64,000 nt of DNA from Chrysomallon squamiferum (GCA_012295275.1 CM022667.1:6138001-6202000); one strand, 5' to 3'; shown: positions 41,261 through 56,441, numbered from the stretch's first letter. The notes: generated by a model not told the origin, from the letters alone. Numbers and translations are program-made.

Positions 41261-43262
41261 TTAGTGATTAAAAGAAATGAATGTATTTCAGTTGCAGAGT
41301 ACGTCTCTCTCTCTCTCTCTGTATTTTTCAACTAACTCGGCTAACTCTAGTTTCATTCATTCAGCACCTTAATCAGTTATTGAATTAACTAATGGCAGAG
41401 TTGTTTGAATTGGTCAAGAACATGTTTATTAGTACAAAATGTTTTGTTGTGTTTTTTGGATGTTATGAAAACAGTTCAGTATTTTCTAAAGAATTGGTTG
41501 ATTTTTAAAGTAAGCAATAAATAGTTAGATGAGCATGAAATTTAAGGATATCAGCATTTCATGCTAAATTACAAATTTTACAAACTAGCCATCAGTTTCC
41601 CAATAAACTTTCTTGCTAGTTTTGTTAACCCAAATCAAAAACTAACATGTGAATCCTGATACTAAATAAATCAGCATTTAATGGTGGTTATTTACATGTG
41701 ATTGACTGATTTGGAATTATGACTGATTAATAAACTTTAAAAGGTCCAAACATACTTTAGAATTGTTTTGGTAATTATTTTTTTAGCATCAATCAGAACA
41801 TCATGATCAATACACTACTATGCAGTAGCTGTAGTTGTATTTAAGTGGCAGTGAGATTCTGTAATTGTGTCAAAATATTTCAGCAATTCACATGAAAATA
41901 TGCAAAATATTTAATCAGTTTAAATCCTGATGGATTTGAAAATTATAACTGTAATTCTCAGTTTTTGTAGAGAAATAAACTACATCATTCATTTCACTTG
42001 GTGATCTTCTGATGACTTTAATGACTTTTTGCTCAGAGGTGTTTTTCTGTTTGACTTCTCATCTAGCACTGATTATTTTTCACTTGATAATAATCCATTC
42101 ACTTATATTTTGATCAACTACTTCTTATCTAACTTTGATGAAATTATTATTGATAAAGTGTCATTTGAAACGCTTTCATTTGACAGTGCTCTAATATACA
42201 ACATATCCATTTCTAACTCTTGATTGTTTTGTTCTCTTTGTTTTTTTGTGCAACTCTTTGCCAAGCAGTGTAGTGTGTAACTTCTCCTTCCTCTTTCTCA
42301 TTTGATCTTCTTCAGTTGATGAAGAAATTAATCATGCTGTAAACATCCACATTGTTTTGAGGAGAAGACCTGTCCTAAATAACTGACATTGTGTTTAGCA
42401 CTAAAACTAAACCAAGGTTACTCAATAGTTTTTTTGGTAAAAATAAAAACAAAGACAGTTTCTCAGAAAAATGTAATATTGGTTTTAAAGAATATTTTTT
42501 TCTGAGTCCACATTAAGCAAGTGAACGTTGTTTCCTTAATTTAATCTGTATTCTCCACTTAATATTTTTCTCTAATAAATAGTATGCATATCATTTTATT
42601 TATTTATCTTAATACACAAAGTCAGAACTCTTCAGTCCTGCAACAACCACTGCTGGAGTAAAATAATGATGTGATAGTGCAGATAAAGCATTGCCAACTT
42701 TTGACACATTGCTACTTCTTGGGTCAGGATATGATATGTAGATAAAATTGTGCGCATGCCTATGTCCATAAAGTCTCTTTGCAATTTTGAGAATGTATGA
42801 CTTTGAAGCGCTATATAATAATATATTAATTAGTAAAATAATAACAACACACACACACACACAGTGTCTTATGATTCTGAAGTTTCTAAAATATATTTTC
42901 AGTTACATCATCAATCACATTAACTAGGTTTAATGTATCTCCACAAAAAGAAATTTAGTGGAATGAAATCTGTAGATCATGGAGGCAGAGAAGTTGGTCC
43001 ATCTGTTAGAAATTAATTTTTAGAGCAATATAACAAAATGTTTTCTACAGACACAATAAGCAGGTTCAGTAGGACTCGAAATCCATGGGGTTTTAAACTG
43101 TAATTTTTACTGTTCAGTCATTTATCATATCAGTGTAATTAATTAATTTAAGAAATGTTTAAAAGTACTTGTCAACATGTAATCTCAAGGGTGAAAGAAT
43201 GTATTTTGGTGATGTTGGTTAGCATGTCGTCTTCCTAAAGCCTTCACCAAGTAACTGTTTCT

Positions 43263-44468
43263 GGGGCTTAGTCCCATTTGGTCTAATTCTCAATTGATTG
43301 AACTGCTAAAATAACATTCGTCTTACTGACATGCATGCTGTTACCTCAGTTGTCATAGCAAACTATTCCAGATTATTTGGAAACTGATTATTATTGCATA
43401 CATTAGATAGTATGAGTGTCAGTTATTGTATAAAGTATGCAAGAATGATAAATATCGACATAATCCACGTACTAAATGTAATGAATTCTGTAAATAACTA
43501 AAAAAGAAGGTATTAATCTAAAAAAATATATATTTTTACAAATAAATCACCTCCGCTTCATGAGATGACCAATAAGGTCCAGGTACTGCAGGGGTGTCTT
43601 GGTTATGTCAGTGAGCTGCTGCTTGAGGCGACTGACTCTACTGTCGAGATCTTGGTGGACCGACTCTCTTCCTCTGTGCAGCTCCAGCATTCAACTGCAC
43701 CAACTTTGCACTTTTACATTTCTCTATCCCCTTGATCAAGTCCACAAATCTGTTTGGATCTTGATGAGGAAGCAGCCTGTTGAATGGAAACCTTGCAGAT
43801 TGTTGTTCATTCTTGAGGCAGCATTGGTGAAGTGATTCCACATGCAAAGAGGAAATCTTCCATCGTCATCCACTCATGTTGACACCTTGTAATTGGTGAA
43901 TTCAACAGATCTGGGTACTGCTGGGGTGGTGCTCTCTTTCTCATTGTCCTAACAAACTTCATGGCAGTTTAATTAATCGGAGCATAGTCATAACCGAAGT
44001 TGTTTCTAACAAAACCATCAACTGTGGTGATCTTGCCGACACAAGGCCGTTTGGTGCATCTCCGGTATGTGGTTTCTTCATTAACACAATTTTGACTGTA
44101 TGTATAACCATCTAACCTATGATGTTTATCCCATGATTTGTCTGCACAACATCTACTTTGCATAAACCCACCATTCTAAGAATGATAAATGTGATTTATT
44201 TTGTTTTTCAAAAAACATTGTGTGTACTCAAGCGGTCATGGAGAACATATATTGGTAAATAAACCATTGTCAGTCTCTAATGAAAGTTTGTATACAGAAT
44301 TTTATTCACAAAAGGCCATAGAGAATTTATGAAAAACTATGAAGAAGCCATGTTCATTACAAAAACAGATAATCAGATTTATGTACTTTGGGAAATAAAC
44401 CATTGTCCATCTATAATCAAAACTTGTGTTTTGGTAGACAAGTTGTTTCGACCAAATGGGACAACCCC
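43263..44468 (-). mobile_element. Internally deleted MULE element
   Basis: TIRs ggggcttagtcccatttggtc and gaccaaatgggacaacccc. FLYWCH remnant LDGYTY...TYRRCTKRPCVGKITT and C-terminal remnant FNRLLPHQDPNRFVDLIK. No TSD seen. Confidence 0.72.
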
Positions 44469-44699
44469 ACATCCAGAGATGTTTTTGAAACTGAATATCC
44501 TTAGGATTTTGTATTTATATTTTATGTGGAAGGATCGTAGTCTGGACATTTGTAGCCGTGCCATATGCTAGGAGTGCGTTTTGCAGAGAAGAGCATTCAC
44601 TACTCAGCTGTCATATATTAGTTAATACACTGCTGTATTTGACTGATTTCCATATAGTCTTTATGGTGACCTTTGTCTTTATTGAATCTGCTTTACATG

Positions 44700-44750
44700 G
44701 GGTATGGAAAAAATGGCACTGAAAAAATGGCATAGGAAAAAATGGCACCT
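44700..44750 (+). repeat. Three GAAAAAATGGCA units, likely a transposon end
   Basis: Direct inspection. Confidence 0.6.
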
Positions 44751-45542
44751 TATTTATTTTTTCTATATAGTTGCTTTAAGAAACACTAAAAAGTACTTGT
44801 GAAAATACAGTTTATTCATGCAAAAATGTTACATACATGTATGTATTACAAATATTACACATCTACACATACATATACACATATATACATACATACATAT
44901 ATATAGGAAATTTTAATAGGAACTTCTTATGATATTGATAGTCACAGCAAGCATTCGATATTTACTTAATAATTTCCAAGTAAATGTGAATGCCAAACTG
45001 TTTAAAGCAGAACCCAGAACAAGACCCTTATTCTTGATTCTTGTTTCCATAGCAGCATGGCAGGTGAGAAGAATACCAGATGAATGGAATAAAGATGTAA
45101 TAATGAGGTTCAAACAAAACAAAGTATTAAGCAGTATCAATAATTATGTGGAAACATCCCATCCTTTTATCAGTACCAAAAAGAAGTAAAAAAAATAATC
45201 CTGTGCAAAAACCAAAACATGCAGTCAAAAACATCTTCACAAATGTGGATTCTCTCACATCACTGAACAATGCTCTGAGTGCAGCTGTTTTATCACTGAT
45301 GCCTTTAGAAAAGCTTTTAATAGCAGAAGAAAGGTAAATTCTGTAGTGAATATGGTGGGTTTCCTCTTCAGTTATGAAGATCTATAAAAACACTTAAAAT
45401 TCAGCTGCAGATCAGTGTTTCAGCTAGACTTAATAAATAGGGTGAAGTGACTTTTCTGTCTAGTCATTTGGTGAGAAACTTTAGGGAGAAATTATGTTTT
45501 GTGGAGAAGAAAAGAGACAGTAAGCCATATGTGTTGTGTCCA

Positions 45543-46025
45543 GTAATTGGTTCAAATGTAACTATCTGCTTCTACCTATTGTTATGCCATTTTAAGATTA
45601 TAAAGTGAGTTATATCATTACAGTCACTGGAAGGCCTCCTAGAAATTTCATTATTTTAAATTATAAAGCATTTTTAAAATAATTTATAAATAAAATAAAA
45701 GACAAGTGTATAAGACTATCATTGTTAATATCAGAATCTGTTTCAGCAGTAAAATGTGTAGGAAACATTTCCTTTTTTAGTGGCTTAATGAGATGGTGCT
45801 GAATTTGATCAAGAAATGAGATCAAATTTGCTGATAATGTCAACCATGCACTTGACATCATTTTTCAACACAAACGTTGCCAGTTAGTCATTGGTAGCAG
45901 TCTTTATATTGGAAACAACCGATTGTACACACTGTGAGCACTAATTGGTTGAAATGTAACTATCTGCTGCTACCTATTGTTATGCTATTTTAAGATTATA
46001 AAGTGAGTTATATCACTGCGGTCAC
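45543..46025 (+). repeat. Two ~85-bp direct repeats (45543-45628 and 45942-46025)
   Basis: aattggtt.aaatgtaactatctgct.ctacctattgttatgc.attttaagattataaagtgagttatatca occurs twice. Confidence 0.9.
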
Positions 46026-47529
46026 ATGATATCAAGAAGAGCCATGTGAATCTTAATGATCACGAACAACATACCCTGCCAACCTTCACCATATTTGCAT
46101 TGTATTTGACTCTGAGCTATTATGGGATATGTTCCAACAAACAATAGATCTTACATGTTAGTATAAACGCAGTAGGAAGGCTGGACACTGAATTTAAAAT
46201 GTAAACAATAAAACATTTCTCTGTAAAGAGAAATTACATAATCTATCTCTGCTGATTGGTATTAGGTAGCGGGTAACCTTTGAACCTATGCAGTACATCA
46301 TTGCTCAACAATGAGTCACCGAATTTTAAAAATACATTCAGAATTTAGTTTATTATTGAGTTTTCAACACCACAGTTTTAGTTTTTAGTTCAAGAGTTTT
46401 GCAACATTTGAAGAGACAGATGAAAACAAAGGTTGTTGCAAATGCAGAATGGGTGCTAATGGAATATTTGATAATGAATTAGCGAATGTGAAATTGCTGC
46501 GTTCGAATGGATCAGATACTGGCAGTGAAGCAGCGAATGTCATTTCAGGATGAAATGAAAGTTGACAGCTGGATAGCAATGTTACTGAAAATTACGCCAA
46601 GCTCAAGCTTGATTGTATTTACGTAATCACTTGCAGTTGTTTTGATCCAGCCACCTGCTGCTTTACCTACAGCAGAACCACTTACAGGTTTTAATATACA
46701 CTGACAGTGGTATTTGTTCAGAGTTTGCCATTGGCACAGTCTAAGCTACATCATTTCAGAGCAACAACAGCAAGAACTTTACCAGAAAATGAAGAACTGC
46801 TGCCAGAAGCACGTCAAGAAATTAAAAGAGTAGTAATTGGGTCTTGATGTTTCAAACTGAGTACATAGGTAATTTCTGAGCATACTGTAGTGTGTTTTGG
46901 GGGTTTTGTTTTATTTTTATTTAATACAGTACATTTGTCAGGAATATTTCAAAGTGTACAGTAGTAAGTATATAATTACCCCATACTGTACATGTTATAA
47001 TGGTCTTCCATTGCATCAATTTCACCTTGATAGGGTCTGCCTTTATGCCGAAAATTTATGTAAACACTTGATTAAAATTTTGCAAAATTGCTTTAAAAAT
47101 CAAGAATTTAGTGGCAAGTACAAAGTAAATATTTCTGCTTGGTGTTTTTTTTTAAGGACTCACTAAAATCATCTTTAACTCATGATTATCCTACTTAATC
47201 CTGATTTTAATCTGTTACTAGGCTACAAGTTGTCTACAGATGCCAACCTGTTTAGTTTTAATTTTAAATTAAAGATCACTTTAAAATCAACATTTCTCCT
47301 TTCATTTATGATATAATTTGAACCTGTGAATTTCCAGATTTTTAAATATGAAATAAATGTTTTATTTCTTCTAAATTTACATGAGCATAAACAAAATTAA
47401 AAAAGTATGTTAAAAGCAAATTTAGCAAATAAAAACAGGTACATATTAATTAATTGGTTTCTGTTTGTTTGTGTGTGTGTGATCTTTTATATTCAGTTTT
47501 TCACTTTTTTCATTTTTATTTTTTTCTAG

Positions 47530-47874
47530 GTTATTCTCTGGTTATGTCTGGCTCTCAAAATCAGGAATCATTCATGCTTGTCTGTACAGTAAAAGATGCT
47601 GTTGGACTTGATGACCTTATAATGTTTAACAGGAAGACAACAGAAGGTAGTTTTACATTACTAAGCCAAAGTTGTTCTGACTGTTTTGTGTTTAGTCACC
47701 CACCAGCTGGTTATGCTGCAAGATGTGGAGCAGGAACAGGAGACACAGCATCACAGACTAAGAACTATACTTTGACAATCAACAAAGTTGAAGCTGTAGA
47801 TGAAACAATTTGGTGGTGTTCACTACAAACAGATACAACAACACAAATCAGCAAGTACAGACTGATATTTGTCC
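47530..47874 (+). CDS. Gene B V-like Ig exon
   Basis: ttctag acceptor, gtaagt donor, 345 nt, phase 1/1, open. Reads GYSLVMSGSQNQESFMLVCTVKDAVGLDDLIMFNR...YTLTINKVEAVDETIWWCSL. Confidence 0.9.
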
Positions 47875-49199
47875 GTAAGTTATGTGTATTTCAGTTTTGT
47901 TCATTAATAATAGTGTGATAAAGACATATAATATTTGTATTGCAAAATCCTTTTAAGCTTTAAGACTTTATATCAGCAACGATCAGTATCCAGCAGAGAT
48001 TCATTTTATTAAAATTCATAGTCGATTATCATGCATTTCATCCCTCAGATAAGAAAACAAAAAGCTACTGAACACACAAGGAAAATAGCAAATTAAATTT
48101 ATACTTTAATTATCTTTTTATTTGTTTTAGTTGAAAAATTGCATTTAATTTTGGTTTAAAAATGATCTTCATTCCAGCAGTAATGCATCGTCCACCATTC
48201 TGCATTGTTATTTGCTGACTCTCTCAAGCAGTGTCTCTTAGTGGCATTGCCCAATCATTCCTCACATTGATATTGAAATCTGTGATATAAAAGAAACTAC
48301 GTCAGTAATTTATGCAGTTCTAGAAAAGACAGCAGATTTAAAGATGATAGAAGTTGAAGTCAAGACTGTATTTCATTCGTCTTGACATTAGGGCCATTCC
48401 AATGACTGGGTCCATAAGATTGACAAATCAAATGCTGTTATATTTGACTGGTATAGAGACAAAATTAAATACAGAGGGAAAGGTCATCTGAAAAGATTAT
48501 GATTCTAAATCCCTGTTTGGTTTCGTAATTCAGGAGCTCAGGAGAGGGGAAAATAAAACATCTAGACTTTTTTTGGTTTTGCCTAGTTTTTCAGCTAATT
48601 TTTTGAAGATGTACTCTATCCCTAATAATGAAAGATGGCAATAGTTATGAAATTGTTGAACAGTTTAATCATAGCAAAATGAAACTGTTTATTAGCAATA
48701 TCTTCATTTATGTTGACAAATACAACAATAGTTTTTAACCCCCATAAATAGTTTCTTAATAAGACTGGTAAATGTTCATCACTCTATGTGAATGATTCAT
48801 TATTTATTTCATTCTATTGTTTTGGTATTATTTAGTCTCAGAATAGTATAAATTTGATTTTAGTGGGTAAATGTTATTATTTTTCAGACATTTTAGAATT
48901 TCAAACATTTTTTTTTCTTTTAATGTACATTTTTGTTCTTTTATTCTGTGTCGGTCAAATAAATAAATAAACAAAGAAAACCATACACAATAGCTAAATC
49001 TTCCAGCTTTCAGAAAATATAAAACTTGTTGGAGCTGTTACTTGTTGGTATCTAACACAATTATCTAACCCAAATTTGAGTTCAGCATATTATAAACATA
49101 CTTACAACACAGAAACGTTGTTAAGTTTACAATAATTTATTAAATATTCAAATCTGTAATTGAGCTTTTAATTGTTTATTGCCAGATTGCCAGTACTGG

Positions 49200-50798
49200 C
49201 TTACTGTTTTGACCCTGTAAATCACGTAACCTTTAGATGACCTTTATTGAAATTTAATCTGCCACATGTTAACTAAAACATATAAACATTTTCTGGGTGT
49301 AATATTTTTTGTTTAGCCATAATGTAGATGCACACCTGCATCGATGATTGATACAAAACATTATAATGTACACATTCTACATGTATACACTGCTCTGCGA
49401 CCAAAAACTCATCCTTGGAGTTAAAACCCACCTGACATGTGTCAAGGAATGCTTGAAGGATATGAAGAGATGCCAAATGGCACACCATGTTCTACACAAT
49501 GAAGCTCAAAGGGTTAAGAGGAAGTTGGATAAAATGTTAGGTATGTAAGCACTATTTTTTCTTCATAAAACCTATTAAGTCATTTTATCATTTCATATGG
49601 CCTTGCCAATGGTTTTGAACAAGGTTTCAATCAACTACAGTACAACCCAGTCTGAAACCAGGCTTCATCCAGTGATGTACTGCTTAATGTATTTGTACAC
49701 CCAATCTTCAGCACAGAGTTTGAACAAGGTCTACCATGACACTGATTAACTGTGATTTGTACTTGAAAAGTATGACCTAAATGCTCAAGGCGTATGGGCC
49801 TTTGGCAATGTCACATGTACTCTGCTACCATTTTATGACCTACTTAACTTTACTGAAAGGGTTTCAGGGTTTGATTTGATATTTAGGAAAGCACTGACTT
49901 TGTTCTATTGAATTGAAGGTGCAGGCCAATACTGAAAATCCTTATTTCTTCCAGGGCTAACTGCAGCTTTTACTCTCCTGAAAATGTGTGTTATCAACAC
50001 CATCATATCAAAAAGGAGTTGTTGTGAAAGCGTATTGAAAACTGAGGAAGTCAAACTCCTCACTCTTCAACGTGGGATCAAAACACGGGACATCAAGAGT
50101 ATCTGTTCACATCATGAACAAGAACTTTTGATCAAGTTTTCAACATTGCAGGAAAAGTGTTGTGATCCCCTTAACTGCCATCCTAAGCAAGCACGCACTA
50201 GATCTTTAAGAATTGTTAGCATGGGCACTTACAAATGCTCAGGAATATGTTGGAGGAGTTAGAAGAGAAATTTAACAAGTCCGAATCCTACCCAGAGCAT
50301 GTGCAAATCTTGACTTTGTCCCTTTACCATTGAAAGGACAATGAATGAATTTGAAACATTCAGGTTTTAGTTAATCAGATGTTAATGGCAGAAAAGGTGT
50401 TATTTTCATGGACGTGCATTTTTTAAATCTATATTGTGGCTAAACAAAAAATATTACACCCAGGAAACTTTTATGTTTTAGTTAACATTTGGGAGATTAA
50501 ATTTCAATGAAGGTCAACTCGAGGTTACGTGATCCACAAGGTCAATTTCAAGGTCATAACAAAGGTCAAAAGGTAAGAGACCCCCAATAATGGCAGATTT
50601 TATGAAGATTGGCCCAGTAGTTCCTGAGATACGAGGGTTCAAAGGTTGGTGGTCACGCCCATATTTGCCAAAAAATTTAAGTCCGATTGGCCTAAAATTT
50701 CAGATTTGGTGCTGTGGGATTCCAGTCAACAAGTATACCAAATTTTATAAAAATCTGAGACAGTTTAACCCATTGTGTGATTTGACACGGAATGACCC
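49200..50798 (+). mobile_element. Sola2-like element with long inverted repeats and a transposase N-terminal remnant
   Basis: Right end TTTGACACGGAATGACCC. 49215-49320 is inverted against 50430-50545. ORF motif ICSHHEQELLIKFSTLQEKCCDPLNCH...RSLRIVS. Left end not defined. Confidence 0.75.
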
Positions 50799-51012
50799 CT
50801 TTATATGGTACTTGTGAAGAAACAAAAAGGTGAAAAAAAAAATAAAAAATAATAAAATGTCACTGCACAAACATTAAGATTATATTATGTATAGATGATA
50901 TAGCATCTTCTTAGACTAATTAAAATTCTACATTTAATCACCAGTTTCTTTGTTATGGTTATTTGTTGGAAGTATAAAAAAAAAAAAAAAAAAAAAAGAA
51001 AAAATAAATAAA

Positions 51013-51061
<49 letters not shown>

Positions 51062-51959
51062 AAAATAACAATAGCTATAATTTTATGTATTGGTATCAAT
51101 ACAGTGTTTTTTTAATTTTACTTACAAATCAAACGGATTGCATTTGTGAAAATTTCAGTGACATATAAATATCAATAATAATAGAAAAATAATTGTAGAA
51201 GTATAATCAAATTAAATAATTGTTAAATTTCATTGTAGAAACATTTGAATTATGTGTAGATTAAACAAAAGAAAAAACAAAAAAATAAATGATTGTGAAA
51301 GCAAACACAGTAATGCAGATAACCCATCAGTCAGATTAGCACTAGATTTCGCATTCTGCTGGATTAAAGCAAGATTATTGCATAAACAGTAATCCTTTTT
51401 GTTACACTTAGAATAGAAATTAGGCTACAATTACATTTAAACTTGATAGTTTGGTCAATGAAATTAAGAAAAGCTTTTTAGTTATTACCACTGATCATGT
51501 TTACATATCTGTGATTTAAGTCAACCCTGTTTAGATTTTGCTGTTAAATGTTTCCAGTGAATTTTGAGAATACCAACATCTGACAAGATTAATATACTGA
51601 AACAAAAACCACTACATTATATTCGTATGATGTTTTTTTTTTTTTTTTTTGTAAAGTAATGCATTCACAAGAATGTGTTATGTGTAGATAGGTATGAATA
51701 TATATGTATATATGAGGTTAAGTGTATATGGGGAATATTTTAGTAAAACCTGAATCCCAAACATTTATTACCATCAGAAGTTTAGAAAATAAATGTCAAC
51801 AGTGCTGATCTCTATGCCTGACTGGATAAAAGGTACCTTACTCCAACCTTATGTGTGTTTGCACCAGCAGCATTGATGACAGCAGTACTTTGGTGTCATA
51901 CTTCTAATGAGAGCATTAATCTCAGGAACAGTAATTACATTCAATTGCCGGTTCAGAAG

Positions 51960-52570
51960 ACTTTGTCAGTCATGGATACTAAGGATATGAGGATGGTTTT
52001 TTCCTACCCTATGGCCCAGTAGGTTCCATGCATGCTCACTTGGGGACAAGTCAGGAATGCCGACCCAGAGCATGACACTGCCACCACTATATTGGTCGTG
52101 CTCAATGACATTATCTGCATCATGTTGTTATCCCTGTCGCCTCCATATACGACGCCTACCATTAGCAAACCAAACAGAAAACCTGTATTCGTCTGTGTTG
52201 CCAGTGTTGGTGCATTCTGGCCAATCTCAGACATTCCTGAATATGATGCGATGTGCCTGTAATCCAGGAGCATGGTGTCAGTTACAGACGGTTTGAGCAT
52301 GAATTCTAGTGCCTGTGGTTTTCTGAAAAGTATGGGCTAAATGTGGAACACTTTTGAACCTGTAACATCAAAATGACATCCCTAAATACCTATTTTTCCT
52401 TGAAGTAGTTAATTGTGGTCTACCAGAACATGGTTGATCTCGCACTTGCCCAGTTTGATGTACATGTTGCCAGAGTTCCAATATGGCATTGGCATGAACA
52501 CAAAAGTACTGAGCGACATCTGTATTAACTTTAACCTGTCTTTTATTATTGTGTTTATTCAATATTCTAT
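51960..52570 (-). mobile_element. Tc1-type transposase remnant
   Basis: HTH DVAQYFCVH...TGQVRDQPCSGRPQLTT, plus TDEYRF and GGSVMLWVGI motifs. Confidence 0.8.
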
Positions 52571-53764
52571 AGTAACGACTTAATCAAATGATTTTTAAAC
52601 ACTATACAGCAAAAATACAATTTATTTTTATTTTTTGTATGTGTGTTTTTTAAAAAATAAAAATTATAGTTATTTTGAAGGCAAGCAAATCATCTTTTAT
52701 TTCAAAGAAATAATAATGTATATTGTTGCCCATGTATGTAAACTTAAAACATTTTCTCCAACTTTTTTTAATTGCAAAGTCTTCTTGTCCTCAAATCTGG
52801 TTAGGGACCCTTCGTTTGTGTGTTTTTTTATTGTTATATTTTGTTTGTTTTCATAATGTTCCTTTCCTCTCGATGCCCTAAGCATGTTGTTATTTTGTTT
52901 AATGGTTAATCCAGCCCTGTCAATATGTATAAAGATGTTAAAGCAATAATGGCTTCAATAGTTCAGTTGTGAGACATTGCTGATAATTGAAAGTTCAAGG
53001 ATTTGTCTTCCAGGACTGAAATACGAGTTCAAAACAATTTTCCATCAAGATTAGCACTCTCCAAGATAGAAATGTCATATAGACATGAAAGTTATTTTCC
53101 AAGTTTATTTATATTTTGACCTTCACAGAGTCTCACCTTAAAACAGATTGTTGTTCAGAATTTCTACAAAACTTTCAGATATTGACCAAATTCCAGATTC
53201 CAAAATGGGTCAATTGATGCAGTTGGTTCAAGCTGTGTTCCAAATTGATACTAGATAATTGTTATCTGTAGGAACAGAAATTTTTGTATATATCTGGTTT
53301 CCTTGCACTGTTGAGTCTTGGCATTAGTGATGTTCTTCATTTTTCCAGTTTTTATGTTTCTAGAGATGTTTTGATCACAAGACAATACTAAATATTGCCA
53401 TCCATAAAGAGGTGGCTTTGTCACTCCTATCAGTTCATTTCTCTTATAAATAATTTCAGTAACTACCCTTCCTTCTGTTTTATGTGATTCATGCTCTGTT
53501 TATATTTTCATCATGCTGTGATTATCATTAATATTTTCATGTGGGAAGATAATGATAATTTTCATTTGTAGCACATCAGAAATATTGGTGCAGAGATTCA
53601 ATGTGACAGTGCTGCACAGCACAGAGTTAACAATGGGTTGGCTACAAAGGACCTTGTTGATTCTGTATATAATTGTTTCCTATGTGGCTATTCTATTTTA
53701 TAAGTGATATCATATTTGCAGGGTTTTTCACTATTTGAGGTAATGTTTCATTTAAAAATAAATA

Positions 53765-55801
53765 AAGTGGAACCTTGGGTTATGAACGCCTCGAAGCACG
53801 AACAAATCAGATTACTAACCCTGATCTTGGGCAATTTTTGTCTCAGTTTATGAGTAATGTCCCCCGTTAGTAACTACACTGATGTGCCACGACAAGCTTT
53901 CTTTTACGTCAGTTTTGACGTCAACATCTAGTAAAGATAAGAATAAATGCTTACATCAATGTAAGGATTATAGGCATGCCCTATAGTAAATATATATCAT
54001 GAATTAGGGTCTTTAGTCTTCAATATGCAGTTGCTCGCATTTTTTAAAGTGTTGCTTTTATATGTATATTTTTTATTATAACCTATCCAATTTGGCACAT
54101 AAGAAAAAAAAGTGAAAGCGATAATGCTGGTGGAAAGAATAACTGTATCACAGTAGAGATTAAGAAAGAAATAATTGTAAAGATAAAGAAAGAGGTAATC
54201 AAGACAGCCAAAAAAATGTCAAAATTGCCGTCTACTTCTGCTAAACGTGATCAGTTTAAAGCCAGCAGAGGTTGGTTTGAGAAGTTTAAAAAAAGAACAG
54301 GCATTCACAGTGTTATTAGGTATGTGGAAGCTGCAAGTTCCAATGAGAAAAAAGCGGAAACCTTTAAGGTACAGTAAGGAAACTTTGTCAGAGAGGAAGG
54401 CTACATTCCACAGCAAGTCTTTAACTGCGACGAGACGGGTCTCTCCTGGAAGAAAATGCCAAAGAGGATGTTTATCACCCAGGAGGAGAAGGCACCACCA
54501 GCGCACAAAGCAATGAAGGACAGGCTTATGTTGTTGTTATATGCCAATGCAAATGGTGACTGCAAGTTGGTCTACCACTCAGAAAATCCTTGCGTCTTTA
54601 AGTAAAGTAATGTCCGGAAAAACAAAGTCTGTAATGTGGAGAGCTAATGAGAAGGCACAGGTGATGAATGGCTGACTAAAGTGTTTGTCTGAAATGTGAA
54701 GAGGTATTTGGAGGAAAACAGTCTTCCCCTTTGATCTCGCTTGATTTTGGATAATGCTCCTGCACATACCCCAGATTTAGAGGAGGACATGGACATTGAG
54801 TATAACTTAATTAAGGTCATGCCTCCCAACACGATTACTGTGCTTCAACCCATAGACCAACAAGTGATCTCAAACTTGAAGAAACAAAGGCTGTCTTTTC
54901 GAGGTGTTTTCAGATCACAAATGATACTGATTTCACCCTCAGAGATTTTTCCATTGCATCAACATCATAGACAAGGCCTGGAACAACGTCTCTACCTGAA
55001 CTTTAAACTCTGACTGGAGAAAACTTTGGCCGGGGTGTGTACCAAAAAAAGGCTTAGAGGTATTCGAGGTTGACATGACAGTTAGATTAGTGGATGAGAT
55101 TGTGTCCTGGGAAGGTGATGGCGACGACATAGAGCAGCTTATTGAAGATTACAGCAAAGAGCTTGTAAATCTCCAGAGGTAAAAACTCAAGGCATTAAAG
55201 CGTCAGCGATTGCCTGATGATACACAGGGAAGGACTGAGGTTTCTACTGCTAGAATAAAAGAAATTTGCAGTAAATGGGCTGATACTGAAGATTTTATTG
55301 TGAACCATCACCCAAACAAACTTGTGACAAACAGGGCAGTGACTTTGATGAACGAGAACACGATGGAAACATACTCAGACAAAGAAAGAAACAAATTTCT
55401 CTTGATCGTTTCTTTATGCAGAAAGATAGTGAAAACAAACTGCTGAAGGTGCATTCTTCAGTGTTACTATGGAAGGAGATGCACTTTCCAAACAATATCT
55501 TCCTCGTCTTCACCACTACCATCCATTTGTCGCACTGACTCTACGCCACATTTTAAGATGTAATAAAATACGTGTACTGTAATCTCAGGATTTAATTTAA
55601 TGTTTTTTCTATATATATGGTATTTTAAAGAAATTCTGTGTTTATTCCTTGGAAAAAGAACTGAAAACAATTTAATTAAAACTATTCTGAGGCTTGAATG
55701 GATTGTTTACATTTACATTATTTCAACATTTCAGTTTACTACAATTAGGTTTATGAACCGAATTCTGGAACAATTTAAGTTCGTAACCCAAGGTTCCACT
55801 G
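53765..55801 (+). mobile_element. Full-length degraded pogo/Tigger transposon
   Basis: TIRs (C)AGTGGAACCTTGGGTTAYGAAC with TA on both sides. Motifs FKASRGWFEKFKKR, QQVFNCDETGL, KDRL, LDNAPAH and PPNT..LQPIDQQVI. Confidence 0.93.
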
Positions 55802-56177
55802 TAAAATCATATTTTACTGTTTTACACCTTGCTGTTACTTGTGGATAAGCTCTTTTCTTCAGACCTCACAAATGCCTGTTAAAACAGATTCCATTCTTCT
55901 AGCAGAAGTAACTGAAAAAGAATTTTAGAATATTTATTTCTAAGTTTCTTTGCTAGGACTGACAAAGTAACACATATATTTATTACTGATTTGTAGATTT
56001 CTAATCAAATAAAACTAGAACTTTGTTTTTGCCTTCACCAACATAATTGTTAAAAGACTATATTTTGAAAAAGTTCTTTGCCACTGGAAACACAAATATT
56101 TCCACTACTTTTACACTTTATTATTATTATTTAATTTTTTTTGTTCTTTAATGCAAATTCCTCCTTTTTACATTCAG

Positions 56178-56441
56178 ATGGTCCAGACAATGTCAGACTG
56201 AGTCCATCATCACCTGGTACAGTTGTAGAAGGTCACACACTGACAGTTACCTGTACTTCTGACTGTAATCCTACATGTTCCTATACCTGGTCACTCAACA
56301 ATAAAATACTTTCTACAACTTCTCAGTTAACTCTGACACACATCAGTAGACAACAGACAGGTGGTGAAATATATAAATGTACAGCAAACAACCCAACTAC
56401 ATCAGTGGAAAAATCTGAACAGTTTGAACTGTATGTTTACT
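56178..56441 (+). CDS. Gene B C2-type Ig exon
   Basis: 264 nt, phase 1/1, open, canonical splice sites. Confidence 0.9.

Noticed and set aside
48391-50798. A single Sola2 element starting at GGGCCATTCC (48391)
   Set aside because: The flanks (ATTA versus CTTT) give no TSD and the terminus diverges after about 10 bp.
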